Notes: generated by a model from the letters alone, not told the origin. 64,000 nucleotides of DNA from Actinomycetes bacterium (GCA_035506535.1 DATJPE010000063.1:63966-127965), one strand, 5' to 3'; counted from the first letter of the stretch, positions 1 to 9,503 are shown. A program made the numbers and translations.

Positions 1-253
1 CGACAGCCTCCTCGCGAAGGTCGTCGTACGGGCGCACGACCGTGACGCCGCGGTCGCAGCCGCGCGCGCCGCCGTCGACTCCACCGTGGTCGAGGGGATC
101 GCGACGTCGACGGACGTGCACCGGGCCGTTCTCGGAGACCCGGCCTTCCGCCGGGGCGGGGTGAGCACCGCCTGGCTGGCCGAGGTCTGGCCCCCCGCTC
201 CGCTGCAGGCCCCCTCGGGGTTGGGCGACCGGACGGCGGAGGTGGCCGGATGA
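1..253 (+). CDS. Biotin carboxylase (acyl-CoA carboxylase alpha subunit), C-terminal fragment; the 5' end lies outside the window
   Basis: Frame-2 translation ...DSLLAKVVVRAHDRDAAVAAARAAVDSTVVEGIATSTDVHRAVLGDPAFRRGGVSTAWL matches the conserved C-terminal tail of biotin carboxylases (..TN..F...L....F..G...T.FL). The TGA at 251-253 overlaps the ATG of the next gene. Confidence 0.55.
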   Translation, partial: DSLLAKVVVRAHDRDAAVAAARAAVDSTVVEGIATSTDVHRAVLGDPAFRRGGVSTAWLAEVWPPAPLQAPSGLGDRTAEVAG

Positions 254-1791
254 CGCGACCGCGCGTACGCCTCGTCGACACCAGCACGCGGGACGGCAAC
301 CAGAGCCTCTGGGGCGCGGCGGGACTGACCACGGGGATGGTCGAGGCGCTGGGTCCCGACCTCGAGGCCGCCGGATTCGTCGCGCTGGACTTCACCTCCT
401 CCACGCACCTGTCCGTCGGGGTCCGCTGGCACAAGGAGGACCCCTGGGAGCGGATCGCGCGGATGCGCGCCGTCGTCCCCACGACGCGGCTCAGCGTCAT
501 CACGACGGGCATGCGGTTCATGTCGTGGGACCGCTCGCCGGTCTCGCTCATGCGGATGTCCATGCGCGCGCTCGTCGACGCGGGCGTCCGTCGCCTGCAG
601 ATCGCCGAGCCGATGAACGACACGGCGGCCGCGAGCGCGGTCGCGCGCATGGCCAAGGACGAGGGGATGGAGGAGGTCGTCGGTGCGCTGACCTTCACGG
701 TCTCCCCTGTCCACGACGACTCGCTGTACGCCGCCTGCGCGAAGGCGCTCGCGCACGACGAGTCGGTCGACGTCGTCTACCTCAAGGACCCCGGGGGCCT
801 GCTGACCCCGGAGCGGATCCAGCACCTGGTGCCGGAGATCCAGGCCGCGCTCGGCACGACGCCCTTCGAGCTGCACAGCCACTGCACGACCGGCCTGGCG
901 CCGGAGGTGTACGTCCTGGCGGCCCAGCTCGGCGTCGAGGTCCTCCACACCGCCATCGGGGCCCTCGCGAACGGGACCAGCCAGCCCTCGGCGATCCGGC
1001 TCGTCGAGAACCTCGACGCCGTGGGCATCGACGTCGACGTCGACGTGGACGCCGTACGGCGCGCAGAGCGCACCATCGACGTGATCGCCGCCAGCCAGGG
1101 GCTCGAGCCGGGGCGACCCACCGAGCTCGACCTGTCCTACCAGCGCCACCAGGTCCCCGGCGGGATGATGGGCACGCTGCGTCGGCAGCTGAACGAGATC
1201 GGCCAGATCGCGCTGCTGCCCAGGGTGCTCGACGAGGTCGGCCGCGTCCGGGCCGAGCTCGGCTACCCGATCATGGTGACGCCCTACAGCCAGTACGTCG
1301 GCAGCCAGGCCGTGCTGAACGTCCTGGCGGAGCAGGCGGGCCAGCAGCGCTGGTCGCGGATGCCGGACGAGATCCTGCGCTACCTGCTCGGCCACTTCGG
1401 CACGCCCCCGGGTCCCGTCGACCCGCTGGTCCGCGAGCGAGCCGCGGCGAACCCGCGCACCCGAGAGCTCGACGTCCCGCTCCCGGAGCCCAGCGCGGAG
1501 GAGGTCCGGGCCAAGGTCTACGCCGCCGTCGGCGGTCGCGTCCCGGACCACGAGGTGGTCCTGCGCAGCGTCCTGCCCACCGCCCAGGTCGAGGCGATGC
1601 ACGCCGCGGGCCGGGCCCCCCGCTGGTCGCCGGAGCGCGCCCGCGGCGGACCCGCGGGTCCGGTCCGCACGGCGCGCGAGTTCGTCGACGCGGTCACGGC
1701 ACTGCCGAACTGGCGCTCCATCGACGTCGAGCTGGGCGACGAGCGGGTGCGCCTGCGGCGCGGGGCCGACCAGGAGGGGAGCAGCGCATGA
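250..1791 (+). CDS. Carboxyltransferase subunit (pyruvate carboxylase subunit B / oxaloacetate decarboxylase alpha-like, HMGL-like TIM barrel)
   Basis: 513-aa ORF. The N-terminal LVDTSTRDGNQS motif matches the pyruvate carboxyltransferase DTTxRDGxQS signature. There is no biotinyl AMKM motif. It is translationally coupled (ATGA overlap) to the upstream biotin carboxylase. Confidence 0.7.
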   Translation: MTRPRVRLVDTSTRDGNQSLWGAAGLTTGMVEALGPDLEAAGFVALDFTSSTHLSVGVRWHKEDPWERIARMRAVVPTTRLSVITTGMRFMSWDRSPVSLMRMSMRALVDAGVRRLQIAEPMNDTAAASAVARMAKDEGMEEVVGALTFTVSPVHDDSLYAACAKALAHDESVDVVYLKDPGGLLTPERIQHLVPEIQAALGTTPFELHSHCTTGLAPEVYVLAAQLGVEVLHTAIGALANGTSQPSAIRLVENLDAVGIDVDVDVDAVRRAERTIDVIAASQGLEPGRPTELDLSYQRHQVPGGMMGTLRRQLNEIGQIALLPRVLDEVGRVRAELGYPIMVTPYSQYVGSQAVLNVLAEQAGQQRWSRMPDEILRYLLGHFGTPPGPVDPLVRERAAANPRTRELDVPLPEPSAEEVRAKVYAAVGGRVPDHEVVLRSVLPTAQVEAMHAAGRAPRWSPERARGGPAGPVRTAREFVDAVTALPNWRSIDVELGDERVRLRRGADQEGSSA

Positions 1792-2666
1792 TGGACGCGG
1801 GCCTGCGCGCGCGCCTTGCCGACGTCCGGGGCGTCGTCTTCGACATCGACGGCTGCCTGATTCTCTCCGACCAGCCGGCCGGCCATGACGGGCTCGTGCT
1901 GCCCGGAGCCGTCGCGGCCGTGCACGACGTACGGGCCAGCGGGCGGCGGGTCCTCGCCTTCACCAACGCCTCCAGCCGCCCGCCCGCCGAGATCGCCGCC
2001 TCCCTGAACGAGCTGGGCTTCGCCTTCGGCGACGGGGAGGTGCTCACGCCCTCGGTCGTCGCCGCACAGGTCGTCCTCGACCGCTACGGGGACGCGCCCG
2101 TGCTTGCCTTCGGCGGGGACGGCCTCGTGGCGGTGCTCCGGGAGGCAGGGGTGCGCCTGGCCGACCCGGACCAGCCGGGCGAGGTGGCCGCCGTCGTGGT
2201 CGGCTGGGACGTCGCCTTCGACCAGGCCAAGCTGCAGTCCGCCGCCGAGGCGATCTGGCACGGGGCCCCGCTCCTGGTCACCAGCGACGCACCCGCGTTC
2301 GCGACCAGGGGCCGGCGCACGGCGGGAGCGGCGGGCTTCATCGCCAACGGCCTGGCACACGTGACGGGCGCCTCGTACGAGGTCGTCGGCAAGCCCTCGG
2401 CCGTCGCGCTACGCACCGCAGCGCGCCTGCTCGACGTGGCGCCGGAGGCGATGCTCGTCGCCGGGGACGACCTCACCCTCGAGGTCGCGATGGCCCGGCG
2501 GGGTGGTGGGGTGGGCGTGCTCGTGACGACCGGGATGCACACCGAGCGCGACGCCCGCCAGGCCCCGGAGGAGCAGCGTCCCGACCTCGTCGTCGGCGGC
2601 CTCGCCGAGCTGGTCGAGAGCCTGCTGGAGGCCGACAGCGCCCGGACGACCGCGGGGGCGGGCTGA
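1788..2666 (+). CDS. HAD superfamily hydrolase, subfamily IIA (NagD-like sugar-phosphatase)
   Basis: The tail of ORF 525..2666 starting at ATG 1788 gives MMDAGLRARLADVRGVVFDIDGC... with the DxDG motif and VVGKPS (the HAD-IIA GKP motif). Its start overlaps the previous stop, which suggests an operon. The upstream part of the 713-aa ORF is an Arg-rich alternate-frame artefact. Confidence 0.7.
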   Translation: MMDAGLRARLADVRGVVFDIDGCLILSDQPAGHDGLVLPGAVAAVHDVRASGRRVLAFTNASSRPPAEIAASLNELGFAFGDGEVLTPSVVAAQVVLDRYGDAPVLAFGGDGLVAVLREAGVRLADPDQPGEVAAVVVGWDVAFDQAKLQSAAEAIWHGAPLLVTSDAPAFATRGRRTAGAAGFIANGLAHVTGASYEVVGKPSAVALRTAARLLDVAPEAMLVAGDDLTLEVAMARRGGGVGVLVTTGMHTERDARQAPEEQRPDLVVGGLAELVESLLEADSARTTAGAG

Positions 2667-2763
2667 GCCCCCGCGCGACGTACCCGGCGACCGTCACGAT
2701 CTTCACAGCCCACGCACAGGCTCCTCTGAGGCCCGCTGAAGGTCCGCTTGGGAGAAAGGATCC

Positions 2764-4155
2764 GTGAACCCGACCGCCAGCGCGTCCGCCGTGGACGCCC
2801 GAGTCGCGGTCCGGGGAGGCGAGGCGAGCGCGCCCGCACCTGTGCGAGCCCATCCCACGGTGGTCCTCACGGTGATCGCGGCGGGCGCCCTCGCCGCGAT
2901 CGGTCTGTGGTGGGTCCACACCCCCGCGATCCACGGGCTCGGTGACTGGCTGACGAACGCCGGGCGCATCACGGGGCTGCTGGCCGGCTACGGCGTCGTG
3001 GTCCTGGTCGCGCTCATGGCCCGCATCCCGCCGCTGGAGCGTGGCATCGGTGCCGACCAGCTCGCGCGGTGGCACTCCATGGGCGGTCGCTATGTCGTCA
3101 GCCTGGTCGTCGCCCACGCGCTGCTCATCACCTGGGGGTACGCCGTCACGGCGCACACCACCGTGGTGACCCAGACCAAGACGCTGCTGACCAGCTATCC
3201 GGACGTCCTCATGGCGACGGTGGCGGGCCTGCTGCTCCTCGGCGTGGGGCTGGTCTCGATGCGGGCGGCACGGCGCCGCGTCCGGTACGAGACCTGGTAC
3301 TACCTGCACTTCTACACCTACCTCGCCGTGGCGCTGGCCTTCAGCCACCAGTTCGCCGACGGCGCGGAGTTCATGAGCAACCGCCCGGCGCGCGTGGCCT
3401 GGGCCGCGATGTACGCCGCCGTCGCGGCCGCCATCCTCTGGTACCGCTTCGCCACACCGGTGCGGCAGGCCTTCCGGCATCGGATGCGAGTGCTGTCGGT
3501 ACGTCGCGAGGCGCCCGGCGTCGTCACCGTCGAAATCACCGGCGAGCACCTCGAGGAGCTCGGCGCCGAGCCTGGCCAGTTCTTCCGCTGGCGCTTCCTC
3601 ACCCGCGAGCTGTGGTGGACCGCCACGCCGTACTCGCTGTCCGCCCCGCCTCGCCCCGACCGGCTGCGCATCACCGTGAAGGACCTGGGCGACGCCAGCC
3701 ACGCCCTCGCGTCGGTCCAGCCCGGGACTCGGGTGGTCGCCGAGGGCCCCTATGGCGCCCTCACCGCCGCCCTCCGTCGTCGCCGCAAGGTGCTCCTCGT
3801 CGGAGGCGGCGTCGGCATCACGCCGCTGCGAGCGCTGTTCCAGACGATCCCGGCCGGACCGGGAGAGCTGGGCCTGATCTATCGCGCGAGCGCGGAGCGC
3901 GACGTCGTGTTCCGCCGTGAGCTCGAGCGGATCGCGGAGAAGCGCCGGGCCAAGCTGTGGATCATCCCTGGCCGGCGCAGCGACCTCGGCGGCGACCCGC
4001 TCTCCGCCGAGCAGTTCGCGGCGCACGTACCGGACATCGCCGAGCACGAGGTGTACCTGTGCGGCCCGGCCGGCATGACCGCCTCGGTGACCGCGGCGTT
4101 GCGGGCCGCGGGCGTGCCCCGGCGGCAGATCCACCACGAGTCGTTCGAGTTCTGA
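2764..4155 (+). CDS. Ferric reductase-like transmembrane flavocytochrome (FRD domain plus FAD-binding and NAD(P)-binding domains)
   Basis: 463 aa. The N-terminal half is multi-pass hydrophobic with conserved His residues. The C-terminal half has FAD/NAD motifs (RxYS-like PYSLS, GGGVGITP, CGPAGM). Confidence 0.75.
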   Translation: MNPTASASAVDARVAVRGGEASAPAPVRAHPTVVLTVIAAGALAAIGLWWVHTPAIHGLGDWLTNAGRITGLLAGYGVVVLVALMARIPPLERGIGADQLARWHSMGGRYVVSLVVAHALLITWGYAVTAHTTVVTQTKTLLTSYPDVLMATVAGLLLLGVGLVSMRAARRRVRYETWYYLHFYTYLAVALAFSHQFADGAEFMSNRPARVAWAAMYAAVAAAILWYRFATPVRQAFRHRMRVLSVRREAPGVVTVEITGEHLEELGAEPGQFFRWRFLTRELWWTATPYSLSAPPRPDRLRITVKDLGDASHALASVQPGTRVVAEGPYGALTAALRRRRKVLLVGGGVGITPLRALFQTIPAGPGELGLIYRASAERDVVFRRELERIAEKRRAKLWIIPGRRSDLGGDPLSAEQFAAHVPDIAEHEVYLCGPAGMTASVTAALRAAGVPRRQIHHESFEF

Positions 4156-4169
4156 GGAGATCTCCCACC

Positions 4170-4649
4170 ATGCGCCGCGTCGTCCTCGCCACCGTCAGCA
4201 CGGTCGCGGGCCTCGTCATGCTCCTGACCTTCAAGACCCACGACGCCACCGCTGCGGCGGGGCCGGTCGCGACCGGAGGTGGCACGACCAGCGGGTCGAC
4301 GTCGGGCTCGGGCAGCGGCTCGTCCTCCGGGTCCGGCACCGGGTCGACGTCGGGCTCGGGGAGCGGCTCGACGACCGGCACCAAGACGGCCACGGGCGAT
4401 CCGGCCGACACGCAGTACGGCCCGGTGCAGGTGCAGGTGACGGTCGCCGACGGCAAGATCACCGACGTCCAGGCGGTCGAGTACCCGCAGAACTCCCCCC
4501 GCGACCAGCAGATCAACGCCTATGCGATCCCAGCGCTCAACCAGGAAGCGGTGCAGGCCGGGAACGCGAACATCGACATGATCTCCGGGGCGACGTTCAC
4601 ATCCGAGGGCTACATCCAGTCCCTGCAGAGCGCCCTGTCGAGGATCTGA
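4170..4649 (+). CDS. Extracytoplasmic FMN-binding domain protein (FMN_bind), membrane-anchored, with a Ser/Gly/Thr-rich linker
   Basis: ATG at 4170 after GGAGATCTCCCACC. It has an N-terminal TM/signal (MRRVVLATVSTVAGLVMLL), a low-complexity SGST linker, and a C-terminal ...ISGATFTSEGYIQSLQSAL, which is the FMN_bind signature. It sits 15 nt downstream of the ferric reductase gene. Confidence 0.7.
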   Translation: MRRVVLATVSTVAGLVMLLTFKTHDATAAAGPVATGGGTTSGSTSGSGSGSSSGSGTGSTSGSGSGSTTGTKTATGDPADTQYGPVQVQVTVADGKITDVQAVEYPQNSPRDQQINAYAIPALNQEAVQAGNANIDMISGATFTSEGYIQSLQSALSRI

Positions 4650-4661
4650 CTGCCGCGGCGG

Positions 4662-5045
4662 TCACCCGGGCTCGATGAGGTCCCACAGGTTCCCGTAGCG
4701 GTCCGCGAACACGAGCACCCGGCCGTAGCTCTCCACGCGCGGCCCGTCCACGATCCGCACGTCGCGTCGTCGGAGCCTGGCGTGGTCGTCGTCGAAGCGG
4801 TCCGTGTGCAGGAAGAACCCCACCCGCCCGCCGGTCTGGCGACCGATCACCTCGGCCTGCGCCGCCGTGGCTGCTCGCGCCAGCAGCACGTGCGGCCCGT
4901 CCTCACCCGAGGGTGCCACCCGGACCCAACGCTTGCCCTGTCCGAGAGGCGTGTCCTCGACCAGCTCGAACCCGAGGTCGTCGACGAAGTGAGCGATCGC
5001 CCGGTCGTAGTCGTCCACGACGACCGTCACGCCCGCCAACCTCAC
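4662..5045 (-). CDS. VOC family protein (glyoxalase/bleomycin-resistance fold)
   Basis: 127-aa ORF with the betaalphabetabetabeta-type pattern (VVDDYDRAIAHFVDDLGFELVED...). Its size is typical of the family. Confidence 0.65.
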   Translation of the reverse strand: MRLAGVTVVVDDYDRAIAHFVDDLGFELVEDTPLGQGKRWVRVAPSGEDGPHVLLARAATAAQAEVIGRQTGGRVGFFLHTDRFDDDHARLRRRDVRIVDGPRVESYGRVLVFADRYGNLWDLIEPG

Positions 5046-5232
5046 CCGGCGAATCTAGAGGCTGCCGTCGTCCGACAGCAGCGCGCCCGCGGTGGCGGTG
5101 GGCTATGAACTCGAGCTGTGCGTGTCCGGCTGGTGTGGGCCTGGACCGGCGTGTGATGCATAGTCGCAGGTCAGGGGCCTGGGAGTGGCGGCCCGTGACC
5201 CACTCGTCCCACCGCCGGGCGAGCACGTGCAA

Positions 5233-5679
5233 TCAGGTCAGGGCGGCGCAGTCGGCGCACGTGCCGAAGATCTCCAAGGTGTGGCTGACGTCAACGAATC
5301 CGTTGTCGCCGGCAACCCGTTGGGCCCAGCGCTCGACCGCGGGGCCGTCCACCTCCACAGTGCGCCCGCAGCGACGACAGACGAGGTGGTGGTGGTGGTG
5401 ACCGGTGCTGCAACGGCGGTAGGCGATCTCCCCGTCGGCACTTCGCAGGACGTCGACCTCGTGGGCGTCAGCCAGCATCTGCAGCGACCGGTAGACGGTG
5501 GTCAGCCCGACACGGTCGCCACGCTGCCTGAGCAGGTCGTGGACCTGCTGGGCGCTGCGAAAGTCGTCGATCTCGTCGAGCACCGCTGACACGGCGGCGC
5601 GTTGGCGGGTCAAGCGGATCGGAGGCCCCGTCCTGGCGATGGTCACAGCTTCCTCCGTTGTCCGTGAGCCAGCTGGCAT
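5233..5679 (-). CDS. zur: Fur-family metalloregulator, probably the zinc uptake regulator Zur
   Basis: It has a winged-helix N-terminus and HHHH...C..C and C..C metal sites (STGHHHHHLVCRRCGRTVEVD...CADCAA). It is divergent from a Zn-type ABC importer. The true start may be the internal GTG near 5646, which has the better RBS (GGAGGAAGCT). Confidence 0.75.
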   Translation of the reverse strand: MPAGSRTTEEAVTIARTGPPIRLTRQRAAVSAVLDEIDDFRSAQQVHDLLRQRGDRVGLTTVYRSLQMLADAHEVDVLRSADGEIAYRRCSTGHHHHHLVCRRCGRTVEVDGPAVERWAQRVAGDNGFVDVSHTLEIFGTCADCAALT

Positions 5680-5763
5680 CCAGGGCTAGTCAGACGGCCG
5701 TCGTGGACATCGACCTTACGTGGATCCGCTGTGCCGCGGTATGGGACATCAGGTTGACTTACA

Positions 5764-5789
5764 AAATGAAATCCGATGTCATTTCAGTG
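5764..5789. promoter_or_regulatory. Candidate Zur box: AT-rich inverted repeat TGAAAT-N8-ATTTCA in the zur/znuA divergent intergenic region
   Basis: aaaATGAAATccgatgtcATTTCAgtg is the only AT-rich palindrome in a GC-rich spacer. A TTGACT -35-like hexamer lies just upstream (about 5754). The site sits between the Fur-family gene and the metal ABC operon. Confidence 0.45.
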
Positions 5790-5834
5790 TACGTCGTTCA
5801 CGCACATCCGATCCACGCCCAGAGGAGGCGCGTC

Positions 5835-6782
5835 GTGCGCACCAGGATCCGTGTTCTCGCCGGACTCTCGGCCGCCCTCGTTGTGTCTGTGACCGGCTGC
5901 AGCACCGGTTCCTCGCCGAGCGGAGCGACCTCGTCGGCGACCGGATCTGCGGCCGCGACGTCCAGGGTGATCCAGGTGGTCGCTGCAGAGAACTTCTGGG
6001 GAAGCATCGCAGCGCAGCTCGGGGGCAAGCACGTAAAGGTCACCAACATCATCGACAACCCGGATGCGGACCCACACGACTACGAGCCCACAGCCGCGGA
6101 CGGGCGTGCAATCGCTGGGGCGGACTTCGTCCTGATCAACGGGATTGGCTACGACACGTGGGCTACCAAGCTGGCAGACGCCAACCCGAATTCCTCACGC
6201 ACGGAGTTGACGGTGGGGGAGCTGCTCGGGGTTGCGGCGGGTGGCAACCCGCATCGCTGGTACAACCCCGACGACGTGCAGAAGGTCGTGGATGCGATCG
6301 CGACGGACTACGAGAAGCTCGATCCGGCCGACGCAGCGTACTTCGAGGCCCAGCAGGCCGCCTTCGAAGACACCGCGACTGCGGACTACAAGTCGGTGAT
6401 CGCCGACATCAAGGCCAAGTACTCCGGCACGCCAGTCGGAGCCTCGGAGTCGATCTTCGCGATGATCGCGCCGGCGCTCGGGCTGAACCTGCTCACGCCA
6501 CCGGACTTCCTCAAGGCGATCAGCGAGGGCACCGATCCGACGGCGGCGGACAAGGCGACGATCGACGAGCAGATCAAGGACAAGAAGATCAAGGTGTATG
6601 TGTACAACTCGCAGAACGCCACTCCGGACATCCAGCGGCAGGTCGATGAGGCGAAGGCGGCCGGCATCCCGGTGTCCACCATCACCGAGACGATGACTCC
6701 TGCGACTGACACGTGGGAGCAGTGGCAGACCACGCAACTGCGTAAGTTGCGGGACGCGTTGGCCCAGGCGGCAGGCTCTTGA
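5835..6782 (+). CDS. znuA: Metal (Zn/Mn) ABC transporter substrate-binding lipoprotein, ZnuA/TroA family
   Basis: GTG start after the AGAGGAGG RBS. It has a lipobox (LVVSVTGCS), a cluster A-I SBP fold with a His/Asp-rich stretch (DNPDADPHDYEP), and adjacency to zur. Confidence 0.8.
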   Translation: MRTRIRVLAGLSAALVVSVTGCSTGSSPSGATSSATGSAAATSRVIQVVAAENFWGSIAAQLGGKHVKVTNIIDNPDADPHDYEPTAADGRAIAGADFVLINGIGYDTWATKLADANPNSSRTELTVGELLGVAAGGNPHRWYNPDDVQKVVDAIATDYEKLDPADAAYFEAQQAAFEDTATADYKSVIADIKAKYSGTPVGASESIFAMIAPALGLNLLTPPDFLKAISEGTDPTAADKATIDEQIKDKKIKVYVYNSQNATPDIQRQVDEAKAAGIPVSTITETMTPATDTWEQWQTTQLRKLRDALAQAAGS

Positions 6783-7660
6783 GCGCCGCGACTGACGGTG
6801 TCCTTGCTGAGAGGATGCCGCGCGTGGACAGTCCGGACGACACGGTCATCGAGCTCCACGACGCCGCCGTCCGGTTGGGCGACCGGACGCTGTGGAGCGG
6901 CGTGGACGTGGACGTCCGCTCCGGGGAGTTCGTCGCGGTGCTGGGGCCCAACGGTGTCGGCAAGTCCACGCTGGTCAAGGTCATCCTGGGGCTCCTGCCG
7001 CTGTCGGCTGGCTCGATCCGCGTCCTAGGGGGCGCGCCTGGCTCGATGAACCAGCAGATCGGGTACCTGCCGCAGAGGCGCAGTTTCGACCCGCAGCTGC
7101 GGATCCGGGGCACCGATGTGGTCCGGCTGGGACTGGACGGCGACCGCTGGGGCATCCCGCTGCCCGGTGGCCGGCGAGTCAGTCCGCGCGCCCGAGCCGC
7201 TGCCACCCGGGTCGAGGAGGTCATCGACTTGGTCGACGCGGCCGCCTACGCCGGCCGCCCGGTCGGGCGGCTCTCTGGGGGGGAACAACAACGCCTGCTG
7301 ATCGCGCAGGCGCTCGCATCCGAACCGCGCCTCCTGTTGCTGGACGAGCCGTTGGACAGCCTGGACCTGCCCAACCAGAGCGCCGTCGCAGCGTTGATCG
7401 CCCGGATCTGCGAACGGGAAGGCGTGACGGTGCTGATGGTGGCTCACGACGTGAACCCGATCCTCAGCTACCTGGACCGGGTCGTGTACATAGCCTCCGG
7501 CGGAGCAGCCGTCGGCACTCCGGCACAGGTGATCACCGGCCCTACCCTCACTCGGTTGTACGACAACCCGATCGAGGTCCTCACCACATCAGACGGACGC
7601 CTGGTCGTCGTCGGCCAACCCGAGGCCCCCGCCCACCACGCCGACCGGCACGCACCATGA
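6779..7660 (+). CDS. znuC: Metal ABC transporter ATP-binding protein
   Basis: Walker A (GPNGVGKST), the ABC signature (LSGGEQQR) and Walker B (LLLLDEP) are present. Its start overlaps the znuA stop. Confidence 0.8.
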   Translation: MSAATDGVLAERMPRVDSPDDTVIELHDAAVRLGDRTLWSGVDVDVRSGEFVAVLGPNGVGKSTLVKVILGLLPLSAGSIRVLGGAPGSMNQQIGYLPQRRSFDPQLRIRGTDVVRLGLDGDRWGIPLPGGRRVSPRARAAATRVEEVIDLVDAAAYAGRPVGRLSGGEQQRLLIAQALASEPRLLLLDEPLDSLDLPNQSAVAALIARICEREGVTVLMVAHDVNPILSYLDRVVYIASGGAAVGTPAQVITGPTLTRLYDNPIEVLTTSDGRLVVVGQPEAPAHHADRHAP

Positions 7661-8574
7661 CGCACGTGATGTCCGTCGCGTCGGCTGGGAGTCTTCAGCC
7701 GCAGCCCAGCTGGAACCTGCTCGAGGACGTCCGCCAGGCGTTCATGTACCCGTTCATGGTCAACGCGTTCCGGGCCGGCGCCATCGTCGCCGTGCTCGCC
7801 GGACTCATCGGCTGGTTCATGGTCCTGCGTCGACAGACCTTCGCCGGGCACACACTGGCCATTGTTGGTTACCCGGGCGCCGCCGGCGCGGTCCTGGTCG
7901 GCATCAGCGCCACCTACGGACTGTTCGCCTTCGCATCCATCGCAGCACTGGTCATTGGCCTGGTCCCCAACACCGGCGGCCGCGGATACAGCGAGGAGTC
8001 GGCAGTCACCGGCACCGTCCAAGCCTTCGCCCTAGCCTGTGGGTTCCTGTTCGTCACCCTCTACGGCGGATTCCTCAGCGGCGCCAACGCACTACTGTTT
8101 GGCAGCTTTCTGGGCATCACCAGCGATCAGGTCATTGCCCTGCTCCTCGTTGCACTCGCCGCCGCCGCCGTACTCGCAGTCATCGCCAGGCCGCTGCTGT
8201 TCGCCTCGATCGACCCTGACGTCGCGCGTGCCCGCGGCGTACCCGTGCGTGGCCTGTCCATCGGCTTCCTGGTGCTTCTGGGCGTCGCAGCCGCCGAGGT
8301 CAGCCAGATCACCGGGACCCTGCTGGTGTTCGCCCTGCTGGTTGTCCCCGCCGCGACTGCCCAGACCTGGACCACTCGGCCAGTACTGAGCGTCTTGCTC
8401 ACCGTCCTCATCGGGGTCTCGGTGACCTGGATCTCGTTGCTGGTGGCCTACTACTCGCCGTACCCGATCGGGTTCTTCCTGACCACCTTCGCGTTCGCGG
8501 CATATCTCATCTCCGTCGGATGGCGCAGGCTGCATACCGAGGAGCGCCGTGCGCCACTATCGGTGCGCGCATGA
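7657..8574 (+). CDS. znuB: Metal ABC transporter permease (ABC-3 family)
   Basis: The ATG at 7657 overlaps the znuC stop. The polytopic membrane protein is typical of ZnuB/MntC-family permeases. Confidence 0.8.
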   Translation: MTHVMSVASAGSLQPQPSWNLLEDVRQAFMYPFMVNAFRAGAIVAVLAGLIGWFMVLRRQTFAGHTLAIVGYPGAAGAVLVGISATYGLFAFASIAALVIGLVPNTGGRGYSEESAVTGTVQAFALACGFLFVTLYGGFLSGANALLFGSFLGITSDQVIALLLVALAAAAVLAVIARPLLFASIDPDVARARGVPVRGLSIGFLVLLGVAAAEVSQITGTLLVFALLVVPAATAQTWTTRPVLSVLLTVLIGVSVTWISLLVAYYSPYPIGFFLTTFAFAAYLISVGWRRLHTEERRAPLSVRA

Positions 8575-9503
8575 GCGGCTCGGGCACCCTCCTCGCAACC
8601 GGAACCGGGCTAACCGAGCTGTTCAGCCACGCCTTCATGGTCGACGCGCTCCTCGCCGGCGTGCCGATTGCAGCCCTCGCCGGGCTCGTCGGCTACTTCA
8701 TGGTGCTTCGCAGCCAGATCTTCACCGGTGACGCGCTCAGCCACGCCGCCTTCACCGGCGCTCTGGGCGCTTTGGCCTTCGGGATCGACGCCCGGCTCGG
8801 GCTGTTCACCGTCACTCTTGCGGTCGCAGCCGGACTCGGACTACTCGGCAACCACGGCCGCGCCGACGACGTCGTGATCGGCACCGTGTTCGCCTGGGTT
8901 CTCGGACTGGGCGTGCTCGCCCTGTCGGTCTACGCCTCCAGCTACCACGCCACCTCCAACGGCGCAGCCGGCGTCACCGTCCTGTTCGGCTCGATATTCG
9001 GAATCAGCTCAACCCAGGCGACCCTGGCAGCCGCAATCGCCTTCGTCCTAATAGGACTGATGCTCGGCATCGCTCGACCCCTCCTCTTCGCCAGCCTCGA
9101 TCAGGCAATCGCGGCCGCCCGCGGCGTGCCCGTGCGTGGCCTCGGGGTCGTCTTCCTGCTGATCGTCGGCGCCACCGCAGCCGAAGCGACCCAAGCCGTC
9201 GGCGCACTTCTGCTGCTGGGCCTGCTCGCCGCACCCGCCGGAGCCGCGCAACGCCTGACCACACGTCCGTACGTCGGGATGACCCTCGCAGCCGCCCTAT
9301 CGATGCTCGCCATGGTCACCGGACTGCTCACCAGCTACCTCATCCCGAAGGTGCCGCCCAGCTTCGCGATCCTCGCGGTCGCGACCCTGATCTACGCAGC
9401 CACGTTCCTGCGGCGTATCAACTACCCATCAACCGGCACCAACACCGCCCCCTCCGAGCAGGTTGACCGCCCAGACCGGTCCCACAGCGGAGTCCCCGGA
9501 TGA
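8571..9503 (+). CDS. Second metal ABC transporter permease (ABC-3 family), paralogous to the upstream permease
   Basis: The ATG at 8571 overlaps the previous stop. It is similar to the upstream permease (e.g. the shared ...ARGVPVRGL... motif). The two-permease arrangement resembles TroCD/MntCD. Confidence 0.75.
   Translation: MSGSGTLLATGTGLTELFSHAFMVDALLAGVPIAALAGLVGYFMVLRSQIFTGDALSHAAFTGALGALAFGIDARLGLFTVTLAVAAGLGLLGNHGRADDVVIGTVFAWVLGLGVLALSVYASSYHATSNGAAGVTVLFGSIFGISSTQATLAAAIAFVLIGLMLGIARPLLFASLDQAIAAARGVPVRGLGVVFLLIVGATAAEATQAVGALLLLGLLAAPAGAAQRLTTRPYVGMTLAAALSMLAMVTGLLTSYLIPKVPPSFAILAVATLIYAATFLRRINYPSTGTNTAPSEQVDRPDRSHSGVPG

Noticed and set aside
525-2666. 713-aa ORF spanning the carboxyltransferase and HAD genes
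   Set aside because: The first two thirds are an Arg/Gly/Pro-rich alternate frame of the real carboxyltransferase gene. This is typical GC-bias read-through. Only the last 293 codons, from ATG 1788, have protein-like composition and HAD motifs.
2473-4137. 554-aa ORF antisense to the ferric reductase gene
   Set aside because: Its composition is extremely Arg/Gly/Pro-rich with no motifs. It is a classic antisense open frame in high-GC DNA.
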